Of a DNA stretch of 64,000 nt, positions 25,705 through 37,582 are shown piece after piece. The notes below the pieces were generated by a model, which worked only from the letters and a program-made list of their open reading frames with translations, did not search any database and had not been told where the DNA came from. Made by a program: the position numbers and the translations under genes. Source of the DNA: Sphaerodactylus townsendi (taxonomy: Eukaryota); NCBI RefSeq assembly GCF_021028975.2, contig NC_059433.1:28520001-28584000 (forward strand). Reading direction: 5' to 3'. The first letter of the stretch is position 1, and each line of letters opens with the position of its first letter.

Positions 25705-26353
25705 CTTTTAGAGGAACAAAAGCACAAGATAAAAAGCTCCCTTTCTTGCACAAGGCAGTGAAAAGCACTCTTATCTATCTCTCTGGTGCTAATAAATTAT
25801 CTCTTCTTCATCAAGCTCTGTCCCCTACCATTTCAACTTTTAGGCTATCCACTTTGCTTAGATTCAAACCCTTGGGCCCTCACCATGTCAGTTCTGGATC
25901 CTGCTGTACCACACATCAGAACTGACATTAAAACAAAGAAAGAGATAGGTCTTGCAAATTGGAATTAGTTTAATAGGTAGATCAATCAACTCACACATCA
26001 GTTAATAAATTCAGAAGCCAATTTTTAAATCTGTGGCACCATCTCAGAGGTGCAGTACTTCTTTTAAAAGTCTATTTTGGTTTGCAGGTATGACCAAAAT
26101 AGGGACAAAAAAAATATTAAATAAACACATATTTAGGCCTGGAACTCAGAGTTTTCATGCTGTTTGGGGGAGGGGGGCATGGATTTTTCCCAGTGTCCAA
26201 CCCCAAGATTCTTTACCGACCCTTCTATTTTATTAAACAAGCAAAGAACGTAGAAGCACCTTTATACCTAATTTATAATAATTTATACCTTTAATTTAAG
26301 AATAGAACATTAATTTTTCTGTGGATTAATCATACATTCAGCAGCTCACTCAC

Positions 26354-26472
26354 ATTTACTGCTAATAAATTTCTCATCATAGAGGTCGTTGGAAAAGGTA
26401 TTATTTCATGTTTTAAAATTGTTACTCTTGATTTTTTCAGCATTATGGCAGTGAAATAACCTTCTGTGTTAC
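26354..26472 (-). CDS. TDP2: TDP2 exon 5
   Basis: ctctgtag|GTAACA...GTAAAT|gtgagt. 119 nt, (G)NTEGYFTAIMLKKSRV...FPTTSMMRNLL. Confidence 0.96.
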
Positions 26473-26922
26473 CTACAGAGACACACGAAAATTACACGTA
26501 ATAGAAAACAGCCATTTTATGTATTTTGAAAGATTCATATACTTTCATTTCCAGGCACACAAAGTGGTCAGAACCTAGAAAAATGGCATCACCACTATGG
26601 TTCTCTCAAAACCCATCTGAGTCCGTCACAAAAAAAGTTTTTTTTTACAGATAAGGTCAGCAAGGTGTAGAGTTATTAAACAGACTTTTTTAAAATTTCC
26701 AGATGGTTTGAATAATATTCAGAACAGGAATTTAGAGTTAAACTGAAAGAAAGGGACTACCCATGATACCCAACAAGATTACTCAAGTCTCTGGGGTCCT
26801 ACTCTAACCGCTACACCACACAGTAATGCAAAAAGAAAAACTAGTGTTTTAATTGTTACAACTGTATCAGCACAAACAGGGGACACCCCATCATGAGATT
26901 ATGACAGTGTAATTCATTTTAC

Positions 26923-27014
26923 CTGGAATAATTGTGTAACTAACAGCTCTCTTTTGTAGATAGTTCAGATATGAAGGAATAACTTCCTGTAAAAATACCA
27001 CATCTGGGCAATAC
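26923..27014 (-). CDS. TDP2: TDP2 exon 4
   Basis: ctttcag|GTATTG...ATTCCAG|gtaaaa. 92 nt, YCPDVVFLQEVIP (metal-binding Glu). Confidence 0.96.
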
Positions 27015-28471
27015 CTGAAAGAGAAACTTACAAATGCAATTCAACAGCCTAATCTGGGGCCTCATGGGGGGGAATAAATGGAGTTATGGATGTGGGCTCA
27101 TGGAGACATGGGTGCCACCCCACCGGTATAAGGAACAAACACACTGGCGGAGAGGGCACCCTATAAGTGAACAGGTGCCACACACCCTCATGGCGCCCGA
27201 ACGCCAAAGAGCCTGCTGCCCCACAGCTCTGCTGACACATGAGGCCCCACTGGTATAGAGGGGGTTGGGCTATGTCAACAACACAAGCCTTTATTGGCAT
27301 ATAAGGTTGGGCTATGGATGTTCCCAGGAGTGAAATTGACATTAGTCAACTTCCACTGGGCTTTCAGTTCAAGCACACCCTCTGCCCTGGCCACGAATTT
27401 ACACTATTAGCATAAGTCCTTTTTGTCCAATGGGTGATTTTCTCTTTTGTTTTGTTTTTCCTTCCCATACTGCCTGAAAGCCTTTTGGGGGCAATGTTGT
27501 GGTGTGACAGCAGCACTGTCCCTTGCCCCCACACACTCTGGATTGAGCTGCAAGTTATATTCTGTAACACTGAACAGTGATTATGTAACACTGTAACATT
27601 GAACAGTGAGGTAGTCACAGTGATTGGAACTGACTGTGCTAACAGGGCAGAGTTACAGCCTTCTAAGTCTGGTGAAATCAATAGGTTTCATAGATTCCAC
27701 TTATGATCATACTTTGAGCAGCTGAGCCCCGCGTAGGTTGACTTTCCCTCTCCTCTTTCTTCAGGTATTTAACCCATCGCCAAACCCCCTCTGTACCAGT
27801 GGGGCCACGCGTGTTGGCAGAGCTGCAGGACAGCAGGCTCTTCGGCATTCGGGCGCCATAGGGGTGTGTGGCACCTGTTCACTTATATGGTGAGCGAGCC
27901 CGAGAGCTCTGCCTGTAGCCTTGGCCAGATACACATCATAGTCTGGATCTATTTTTCTTTATGCGACTTTGGGACTCTCTACAAAGAAGCACAGCCTAGA
28001 ACTGATCAAACCAAATAAGTCAATGTTGTTGTTCGTTGCTCAAGCTAAATGTACCTACCAGCCAATGTTGCCACAGGAGCATGGGTAATATTTAATTTTT
28101 TTAAATCAACAATCATTACAATCATTTTTAAATCAACAATCATTACAAAATCAAACCTACCTGATACATCATGAGGAAATACCACTGAGATATATAAAGT
28201 TCAACAGCTGCACCAATTAAAAGATCTTACGTTAACTAAATAGCAACAGATCTTCTTAGGGTTAAAATTTCTTTCTATAAGCGCATAATTATCCTTAAAA
28301 AATCCTTGTTTAACAACTATCCAGCACAAGATTTAGTAGTTAATTTTCTATGCTTGGTCTTTAAGGAAAGCACACAGCCTATTATGAAGCATATTTACTG
28401 TTAAGCATTCCAGTGATTTTAACAGATGCAGTCTAGTAAACCTTCATAGGTTTGTAGTAGGGGGTACTTAC

Positions 28472-28639
28472 AAAGCTAGATAGGAGCACACTCCTCGTGC
28501 TCTTTCTTGCAGATTACTTGAACTCAGGCCATCTATGTTCCAAGTAATTAAAGAAAATGTGCTGTCATCCTCTTGCAAGCCAAGGCCTTCCTCTTTCTCA
28601 GCTCTGCTACTGGCATTCGGGCTATCAGTCAGGTCAACG
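28472..28639 (-). CDS. TDP2: TDP2 exon 3
   Basis: ttttctag|CGTTGAC...GCTTT|gtaagt. 168 nt, VDLT...FSLITWNIDGL...ERARGVCSYLAL. Confidence 0.96.
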
Positions 28640-29532
28640 CTAGAAAACATAAACAGGAGAAGACACTGAGAGATAGGCAGCCTAATTTAAAGAGCTCCCA
28701 CGGTTGGTGCTGCCGCCATGTCACCTCTTGAAGACTTCCAGGTAGTATGGGTATGTAGTAAAAAACCCAAAAACCTGGCTGCCCAGAAAGCCCTCTTTTG
28801 GGTGGTGTAACTCCAAGACCTTGACTGCAGCAATCTTGGCTCAGCAGCCCAGGTGGAAGCCACCCTTGAAACGCCCTGGCCCTTCCTCCCTACACTGGCA
28901 TCCACTCAGATACCAACATAACTCCACAGTAGCACCCACTTCTGGGGTTGGCCGTCACGGAGCTGTGGGGTCCCTGGATAGCAGCATCCTTGCCTCTCTG
29001 CCAGCGGGGGTGGCCCTTACACCAGCAGAAGGACCAAACGCACCAGAGCAGCCCTGCACCACATCCAAGCAGCAATTCCACTCGCACCCCCCGAATTGGG
29101 CCAAAAATTTGCTAGTCAAAGCAGTACATTTTCATCTTCTGCAGAAAAATATTTTGAAGGATCTCAAGGCAATATAAGTCACCACATCAGTGTTTGGCTA
29201 ATTTGACACCATGGGGACAGCTTGTGAAAGTGAAAAGTATATGTCAGAGCAGCTGCCCTGCCCATTGTGGACTTTGGCTCAATGATTTCCTTGGTTCCTC
29301 CTTGAGAGTTTTACCAGGCATCTCTCCATATCATGAACAAGCAGACACCATGTCAAAAGCAAGAAAGCAACCAACCTAACACCGCTTCATTCCAATCAAC
29401 CAATCTTTGCATTCCTCCATACCTACCCCGGCATCAGATCATGCCCTTGTATCTACATTAACATCAGAACTGACTTTTTAACTATGTTCTTTTATAGAGC
29501 TATAGATCAGAGTCGCCACACAAACTACTCAC

Positions 29533-29618
29533 ATGGCCTCAGCTGCCGGAAGAGCCTGGGGCATCCTTTCCACATACTGTTCATCAACGGGTGATTCAAA
29601 ATAAGAATTCAGCGCCCT
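29533..29618 (-). CDS. TDP2: TDP2 exon 2
   Basis: cttttcag|AGGGCG...GCCAT|gtgagt. 86 nt, RALNSYFESPV (end of the UBA-like domain). Confidence 0.95.
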
Positions 29619-29703
29619 CTGAAAAGCAAAGCCATAAAAGATGGGGTCATGCTAAAGCACCAACACCTCGAAATAATCTTCCAAAACTGTCACCCGGGCG
29701 TAC

Positions 29704-29934
29704 TTGCATCTCCCAGTCATTTTCCGCCAGGTAGCACTGAGCCACAGCCGCATCAGTGCTGGCGATGGAGGCAAATTCCGTGCAAAGTTGCCGCCGGTGC
29801 TTTTCCAACTCTTCCCGCCGCTTCTGGTCCTCTTCCTCCCTCTCCTCCTCCTTCTGAGATGGCCATTGCTCCTCCGGCACTTGTTTCTGCACCGACTCCT
29901 GCTCTCCTCCGGCACTACCGCCACCCACTTCCAT
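29704..29934 (-). CDS. TDP2: TDP2 exon 1 (tyrosyl-DNA phosphodiesterase 2; full CDS 1149 nt, 382 aa)
   Basis: ATG at 29934. MEVGGG...RRQLCTEFASIASTDAAVAQCYLAENDWEMQ|gtacgc is the UBA-like domain; all 7 exons join in frame. Confidence 0.93.
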
Positions 29935-30303
29935 CTCCGCCGCTGAGGAGCGAGGACAGAAGCCGGAAGACAACAATGCTGCCAGCAGGAGCGCGGCAAT
30001 GCGCAGCGCGTAGCTATTGGGCAGCCATGAGCATGTGACGTGATCACATGACACGCCGCTTCTTGCCGGGGCGTCTGTGGTCGTCGCCGTGTGTACCCTC
30101 TGCGGGCGAGTTTCGGAAAGTCTTCGCGCATGCGCAGTGGCATTCCTGTGCCCACAGCATCCCGCCGTGAGGGTCGCGCGCCCGTTTTTTCCCCGCCGGC
30201 GGTGCTGAGCTGTGATAGCGGCGATTTGGCGCCACTGAGCGAAGAGGTATTTCGCGGCCTCGCGCTTTGCTGACGCTTCAGCCTCCTCCTGGGAGCCGCT
30301 GTC
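29935..30303. promoter_or_regulatory. Bidirectional CpG-island promoter shared by TDP2 and ACOT13
   Basis: 369 bp between divergent ATGs. NRF1 palindrome cgcgcatgcgca 30125-30136; E-box/M-box/CRE-like cluster catgtgacgtgatcacatg 30032-30050; CCAAT (attgg) near 30016. Confidence 0.88.
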
Positions 30304-30387
30304 ATGAGCCACCTGACGGTGCAGACCCTCCGCCAGGTGATGAAAGCCGTCCTGGACTCGCCGGGTTTTGATCGGGTGTTAAACAAG
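30304..30387 (+). CDS. ACOT13: ACOT13 exon 1 (acyl-CoA thioesterase 13 / THEM2; full CDS 426 nt, 141 aa)
   Basis: MSHLTVQTLRQVMKAVLDSPGFDRVLNK|gtaatg; FDRVL is typical of ACOT13. Confidence 0.94.
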
Positions 30388-30392
30388 GTAAT

Positions 30393-30545
30393 GAAGGAGG
30401 AGGAGTTTGGATTTATATCCCCCCCCCCCTTTCTCTCCTGCAGAAGACTCAAAGGGGCTTACTATCTCCTTGCCCTTCCCCCCTCACAACAAACACTCTG
30501 TGAGGTAGGTGGGGCTGAGAGAGCTCCGAGAAGCTGTGACTCAGG
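30393..30545 (-). mobile_element. Truncated SINE abutting the ACOT13 intron-1 donor; a second SINE fragment lies at about 30752-30946
   Basis: gaggagtttggatttatatcccc...gagaagctgtgac, homologous to 8812-9138. Confidence 0.85.
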
Positions 30546-32045
30546 AGTCCCGTGGCATAGTTGGGTGACCTTGACCTGGCCTCCAAAGTGGAGCTCAGAC
30601 CTCGAGAAGATTGAAACGAGTCAGCCATTTGCAGAGGTTTGAGAACTATGCTGGTTTGTTGGTCTTTACACTGTTAACATAAGCAAAAAATGTTTTTGTG
30701 TATGTGTGTAGATTCATCCGTTGTGAACTCTTGTTGCAAGCCACCCTAAGTGAAGAAGACGAGTCTGGATTTATACCCCATGTTTCTCCTCTGCTGTGAC
30801 TAGCTCAAGGTCACCCAGCTGGCATGGAGCGCACAAGCTAATTTAGTTCACCAGATAAGCCCCCACAGCTCAAGTGGCAGAGTAGGGAATCAAACCCAGT
30901 TCCCCAGATTAGAGTGCACCTGCTCTTAACCACTATACTACACTGGCACTGATTTCCCCCAAGTGTTGGGATCACTGCTGGTCTCAATGAAATGTCATGG
31001 GGGTTGTGTGTAAGCATCCAAACAATCAGTGCTATGCTGAAGTGTTACAGGCCCTCACCTTTTGAGGAGTTGTCCTGTTGTAGCAATGTATCATTATTAC
31101 TGTATTGTCCCCTTCCTCCTAGTAGCTCAGAACAGTGTACATACTCTACCACTTCTCTGATTCTGAGTTGCATAATGCTAACAGTCCTGTTGGTTAGGCC
31201 ATGTTGCAAAATTGCAGCTGATCCAAGATCACCAAAAGGGCATTGTGATTGAACAGGGATTTGAATCCGTGTGATGTGCTGGTTAGGAGAACAGTGATTC
31301 AGGTCCCAGTTTCCACCCTGTCAGGAAGCTCACTGGGTAACCTTGGACCAATCATTACTGTTTGACCCAACTATCTTAAGCTCAGATAAAAAAGTGGCAT
31401 TAATGTGCAATAATGAATGAGTTCAGCACCCGACTGGCATTTTTCAATGTGTTTTTGAGTGTTCAAAGTACATGATCTTTGGAAAATCTGAGGTGCAGAG
31501 AAAAAGGATCCCTCAACACTTCCAAACACCGTAAACATTTGTCTTTCTTTCTGCTTTAAAGAATTTGGGAGGAAATTTATTTTTCTCTTTTGATACAGGT
31601 TTTACGCTGATCATGTCCTTTCTCCCCAGCTCTATTGTGGAGGTGCAATCTTTTAATCAGTTTACTGTGGTTTGGTATTTGCTTTCTTTGCTGAAAAGGA
31701 ATGCAAATTGATGTTCATTGCTGGCATCTGAAATATGCATAAGAGCTTTGCTCACTTAACTAATGGCATATTTTCAGTGTATACCTATGAGCCTGTGCCT
31801 GCTCTAAAGCGTATCCACAATAATGCTAAGCCTTTTTGGATTTTCAAGATGTACTACCGTTATATGTTGTTACGTTTGTAACATTTTTTACAAAATCTTT
31901 GCTTCCATGGAGTCCTGCTGCCAGGAAGCAACAAACGAATAAATATTTTAAATTAGTAAGTGAACTTTGACATTCCAGTTAGATGGCATACAGAAAACCA
32001 GCATCACAGAAAGTAATTTCTGTTCTGTTCTGTCTTTGCTGCCAG

Positions 32046-32230
32046 ATGACTGTTCTTTCGGCCAGCCCTGGGAAAGTTGTTTGTGAAATGAAAGTGGAAG
32101 AAGAGCACACCAACCGAGGAGGGACTCTGCACGGAGGGTTGACAGCGACTCTTGTGGATGTCGTGTCAACGGCTGCTCTGATGTATACTGAAAGACAAGC
32201 ACCTGGAGTCAGTGTGGATATGAATATTAG
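32046..32230 (+). CDS. ACOT13: ACOT13 exon 2
   Basis: gctgccag|ATGACT...ATTAG|gtgtgt. 185 nt, hotdog-fold HTNRGGTLHGGLTATLVD motif. Confidence 0.97.
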
Positions 32231-32296
32231 GTGTGTACCTGAGAGACAAGATTGATTTCAGAGTTGGCTTTCATTTAATGTAACTTTGATTTTATG

Positions 32297-32523
32297 TATT
32301 GTCGAAGGCTTTCACAGCCGGAATCACTGGGGTGCTGTGTGGTTTCCGGACTGTATGGCCATGTTCTAGCAGCATTCTCGCCTTTTGGCCTCTGCTCCTG
32401 ACTTGCCAACAAAGAATAATAACGACCAACTTCCTAAATTGCTAAGATAAAGCAGAAGTAAGGCAAGTAGGAGAGAATGCTGCTAGAACACGGCCATACA
32501 GCCCGGAAACCACACAGCACCCC
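32297..32523. mobile_element. Penelope-like fold-back remnant with a captured central insert
   Basis: Arms homologous to 3835-4042; 12-bp flanking duplication tttgattttatg at 32285-32296 and 32525-32536. Confidence 0.8.
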
Positions 32524-34092
32524 ATTTGATTTTATGGTTTCATTTCTGGAGTGTGCCACGTATCAAAAAGAAATCTCCGTTTTGAAGTCATGGTTCTGAG
32601 TTACTGCTGGTGGCTGCTGTGTCTTTTAGATCATTCCTGATAACCTAACGCTTCAAAGCTTGTGCAAAATTTACTTTTGTCCCTGTTGTCTAAAATCTCT
32701 GTCCTGCTTATTGGGCTTCAGGGTACAGAGTTGGTTCAGTTACAGAAATAAATGGCATAGGATGGCGTTGCTGATCATTTTTGGTTACGTTTCAGTTTAA
32801 AGCATTTGATTAAAAAAAATAGATTGAATCACTTGCCTTACTTTTGCTTTGTCTTAGCAATTTAGGAAGTTGGTCATTATTATTCTTTGTTGGCAAGTCA
32901 GGAGCAGAGGCCAGAAGTGATTTGCTGATCAAGACTGCCCTGTAGAATCCGTAACTGAAACATTATTTCCCAAACCCTCCAAGCAACCTTCTGGAGAACC
33001 AAAGCAAACCATATATTGAATTGAGTAGCTGCTAAAAAAGAAAAGGTCAAAGGGCAATCACCGGGTCATTATTGGCCCATGAGGTGATGTCAGTTTCTGA
33101 CATTTACTAGACAGACTATGTTTTACGTGGTGGTTTGCCATTGCTTGCCCCCAGCAAGCTGGGTACTCATTTATTGAGCCCAGAGGGATAGAAGGTTGAC
33201 TTTGAGCCGGCTACAGGGAACCGACTTCCGTCGGGATCAAACTCATGTCATGAACTGAGCTTTGACTGCAGTACTTCAGCTTATCAATGGGGCTACGTAG
33301 CTGCAAACCCTTTCTTTTATTTAAATCTCATAAAATCTTAAATACCTGAGGAGTTTTTGCAGCATACATGTTTGTGAACCATCACAAAGTGCTGTGTTAA
33401 ATTGGGGGAGGGGAGATCTGTTTGAACAAGCTGTGTTCATATGACAGTAGAGGCCTTATTTAGCTGCATCAGGCAAACTTGACCCCCCCCCCCCCAACTC
33501 TAAAATATGTTACTATGGCACTTCCATTCAGTATTTATTGCAAGGAGATAAAGTTGGCATGTATAATTTGTGTTAAATTGCAAGTGGTGTTAAAATGTCC
33601 AGATTTGCCCCTTGTGGCGCGTAGACAGGAGGGACTGAGCTATATGTCCAATGTTCGAGTGGAAGGGCACTGCTGACATTTGAGGGCATGAATAACATTG
33701 GCAGATGAACAAATGAATGAGTAGATATGAGGACAGATCTTGGTTTGTTGCAGGCCCCGGTTGGAGACTGTCTTTGGGCAAGGAAAGGTTTGCCTCCCAT
33801 TGACTGTGAGAAGAGTGTCATTTTCCAGCATGGGTCGCTGGTTGTTAATGACGTGTTCAGCCAGTTTGAGCTGAAAAAAATATTTTAATGTTCTAAGTAA
33901 AATAATTTGCCCCTCTTGGACCATGTGGTAGGCTAGACTAAGAGTGGCTGACTCAAGGGTTGCTCGGTGAGCTACATGGCTGAATGGAGATCTGGTCTAT
34001 GTCCAGTCCTCTACCACACTGGCTCTAATTTATAACTGTAACATACAACCTCTTTTTAAAAAACTCTTCTTCCTCTATTCCTTGCATTTAAG

Positions 34093-34249
34093 CTATATGT
34101 CAGCAGCGAAGATTGGAGATGAAATCCTGATCACTGCCGAGGTTCTGAAGCAAGGGAAAAGCTTGGCATTTGCCAGTGTGGATTTAACAAGCAAGGCAAC
34201 TGGAAAGTTGATAGCCCAAGGAAGACATACGAAATTCCTGGGGAACTAA
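34093..34249 (+). CDS. ACOT13: ACOT13 exon 3
   Basis: catttaag|CTATATG...AACTAA. Encodes YMSAAKIGDEILITAEVLKQGKSLAFASVDLTSKATGKLIAQGRHTKFLGN*. Confidence 0.97.
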
Positions 34250-34445
34250 TAGAAGGATGCTTTGAGAAAAAGGTATGGAATAATGTATCTAACACTAAAA
34301 TTAGAGGGGGGAAAACTAGGAGATATGACATCCTAGAATCTGCATCCTGTTTTATATCTGGCCCTGGTCCAGTTTTGAGATTCCATTTTGTTGTATGTAT
34401 TTTATTGTAAACCGCTGTGGGCTTTTGGACGGTGCAGGTAAATGT

Positions 34446-34489
34446 AATAAATAAAACGGTTCTCACAATAAGTGGATGTAATAAATAAA
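34446..34489 (+). terminator. ACOT13 polyadenylation signals (duplicated atgtaataaataaaac)
   Basis: Overlapping AATAAA hexamers at about 34446 and 34480, roughly 200 nt after the stop codon. Confidence 0.65.
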
Positions 34490-36240
34490 ACTGTTTTAAC
34501 AAGGAAAAACAATCTCTTTTACAGTTGACATGAATTTGAATCTTAAAGCACTTCAGGACAGAAGAAAAGTCAATACCAAAGAGATGAATGTGTTCCTGTC
34601 AGGCCTGGAGACAATCTCCGCTGCTGAAATGGTGGACTGTTTATGGGAGAGGTGTTCTTGTAATTGCTTCTGGTGACATTGTGTGCATATCCTTCTTCAC
34701 AGAGATTTTTGTACTCTGAAACTAGTATTTGAAAGAAACCATAAACTCCTTCCTCTAACCTGAAGCTTCCTGAATAGTATTGTTTCAGAGTCTAACCATG
34801 TTGGGGGTGGTTACAAAAATATGAAGATAAGTTTGTGGATAGTGGATTGAATAGGGCACTCCTGGGTTGCGTAGGGCACTCCTGGACTGTCCATTGTTTT
34901 ATTATTATTTATTTATTATTAGATTTTTATAACTGCCCACCCCCGGAGGGTTTTGTACGCACATAGGGGGGGCTTACTCAAAGATGCAAGGGCTCAGAGA
35001 CTAAGTGTCCTAACTCTAAATCCTCATCAGAAGCCTTCCAATAGCTACCAGCAAGTTGCATTCCCTGTCTACCTTGCTGTCTGAAGAGCTTCCTGCATCA
35101 GTGCACCTTCCTCATTGGTGCTGTGATGTCACTTCCAGCCTACTCCCTTTTATATCCAGTGTTGCCAGAAGTCTTGCAGAAAAAGAATGCATCACAGGTG
35201 TTGAATCCAAAGCATGACTTTTTCTGAAGGAAGTTCAGTGTGGAAAGAAAACAAGCTAATGTTCAATAAATTGTGGTTTGATAAAAGCTTCGTTACTGTG
35301 CATAATTTACTGTGTAAGTGTATAGTATCTTTTTAAGGTGGAAATAGAAGGAAAAAAGGCATCTGCGTATTCATTGTCCCTGTAAGTCTCTTTACATTAT
35401 TTTTAAAAGGCCTGGCATTTAGAAAATGTCCATGTGGTTGCTTTGCAGCTCACTCATCACATGGTGGTCTATCAAAAATGTGTTCATGCTGGTTTTTCAT
35501 GGGGTGTGGCTAACATATCTTTTGAACCTTTCTGCCCATTAAGATCTGCCCCACCTTGGGCTAGATGCTGTCAGAGCAGGGAATAACCTTTGTTGAGGCA
35601 TGGACCATGGTCTGATTAATTGTGGTCCTTGGGTTGTGGAACTCAGTTGCAAGGAAGAGGCCAACTTGAATGTGGCATTGCAGACCTTTAGAACTGAGGA
35701 CAAAAGTGTTCTGAAGCCGCTAAATTTGTAATAGTTTTTGTCTTACTGTTGAAAGAGGTTGTGGATAGTGTTAGATCTATGAATTGTTGTTATTCTGTTA
35801 CACTGGGCAGGGTATAATAGTGAAGAATCTGGGAGACCCAGGTTTGAATCCTCACTGTACCGTGGAATCTTGCTGGGTGACCTTTGGTCAGTCACATTTT
35901 CATCATAACTACCTCTCATGTTTGGTTACAAGGAGAAAATTTGAAACATCTGTTAACTAAGTTCCAGCTGATTCTACATAGTTCTAAACTGGTTGCATTT
36001 ACATAAATGTGCCAGTTGGTACGTTCTCTGCATGCATATTTTTAAGGGCATAGGTTCTCTAAAAGGTGATACAGTTTGCAACGTAGTACATTAGGTCTCT
36101 TTAAGTCTCTTTAAATACTTTCTTTTTCAGTTTCGGAATCTGTGTGGGGTGCACATGAGGCAGCAATAAATGATTAAGAAACCCCCTATAACACTGCTGC
36201 ACTCCACTACTAGGAACCTTAGCTGTCTAACAGTATAGAG

Positions 36241-36574
36241 CAGGGATCCCCAACCCTTTTAGACTATGAGCAGGTTTGACATGGCATGGTGGGCATAGTC
36301 ACAAAATGGCTGGCACAAAACGGTTGCTGCAGGAGGCAGTGCCAGCAGCAACATGGTTGCTATAAATTTACTTCAGTTACACAGTGAAGGCAGAGTCTTG
36401 TGTTGCAATGGCAGCTGCCACCAAAGCAACATTTTAAAAAATCTGCGCAGTCAATCAGATCTCCAGTAGCCATTCAGAAGCCTTGCTGGACAAAAGCCGT
36501 ACTTGGCCCCAGCCACTTGGGTGCCAGAAAAAGGGGCAGCAGGCACCATGGTGCACTATGTTGGGGGCTCCTGC
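36241..36574. mobile_element. hAT-like non-autonomous DNA transposon
   Basis: Termini cagggatccccaac and gttgggggctcctg are imperfect TIRs. Confidence 0.55.
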
Positions 36575-37291
36575 AATAGAGCACAGGAGGGGGTGTACTT
36601 TCTTTTCAAGCTGTAGGGAACTGGGTTCAAGGGGAGAAAGAAATGGGACTGAAGAATGCACACTTCGCAGCACATATCTCCCAATCCTTATTTTGCAACT
36701 CTCTTTTAGCATGTTATGAATTCAGCCTCTTCTCACAATTGGCATGGGGAGGGGCACAATAAATAATAACAAAAGAATGAGAAAATAGAACTTGAAAAGG
36801 ACTTGTTGTTTGAGGTTCAGAGAAGGATAACTGTTATGATACACCTGGGGTCAGGCTAGGATCTGGGAGATTCACGCTTAAATCCTTTCTCTATCACAAA
36901 TGTGTGCAGTGTGTCCTTGCCCAGTCATACCCTCTCAGAATAAAATGGAAGAGTGGAGAACCATGTAAGCCATGTTCTGTTCTCATTGGGGAGAAACACC
37001 AGCTATAAATGAAGTCAATAAAATAAGAGTTTATTACATACTGATGATGAATGCATTGGGGAAATTTCTTCAATTATGGATACTATGCTCTTCCCCTTAA
37101 TGGAAAGAGTAATCGTAATTTTACAGTCAAATGGTCACTAGAATTTAATCCAGGGTCCTTGGTTCAAGTTGCCATTTTGGGGGGATGGGGATAGGATCTT
37201 GCTCTTTTTAACACACCTATAATGAGCAGAAATTCAAGCATGAAAAACATCGCCAAATATCTAGATGCATAGTGTTGGGGAAAGCTTGACT

Positions 37292-37582
37292 TAGTGGCAT
37301 AGTGGCTAAGAGCAGGTGCACTCTGATCTGGAGGAACCGGGTTTGATTCTCCGCTCTGCCGCTTGAGTTGTGGAGGCTTATCTGGAGAATTCAGATTAGC
37401 CTGTACCCTCCCACACACACCAGCTGGGTGACCTTGGGCTGGTCACAGCTTTTCAGAGCTCTCTCAGCACCACCCACCTCACAGGGTGTTTGTTGTTAGG
37501 GGAAGGGCAAGGAGATTGTAAGCCCCTTTGAGTCTCCTGCAGGAGAGAAAGGGGGGATATAAATCCAAACTCTTCTTCTTCT
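37292..37582 (+). mobile_element. tRNA-head squamate SINE, full length
   Basis: A box gtggcatagtgg, B box gggtttgattctcc, CORE-like body, (CTT)n tail. Confidence 0.85.

Noticed and set aside
37292-37360. tRNA-like sequences (also near 9070-9135, 53350 and 53780)
   Set aside because: They are SINE heads that continue into the SINE body and do not form a cloverleaf.
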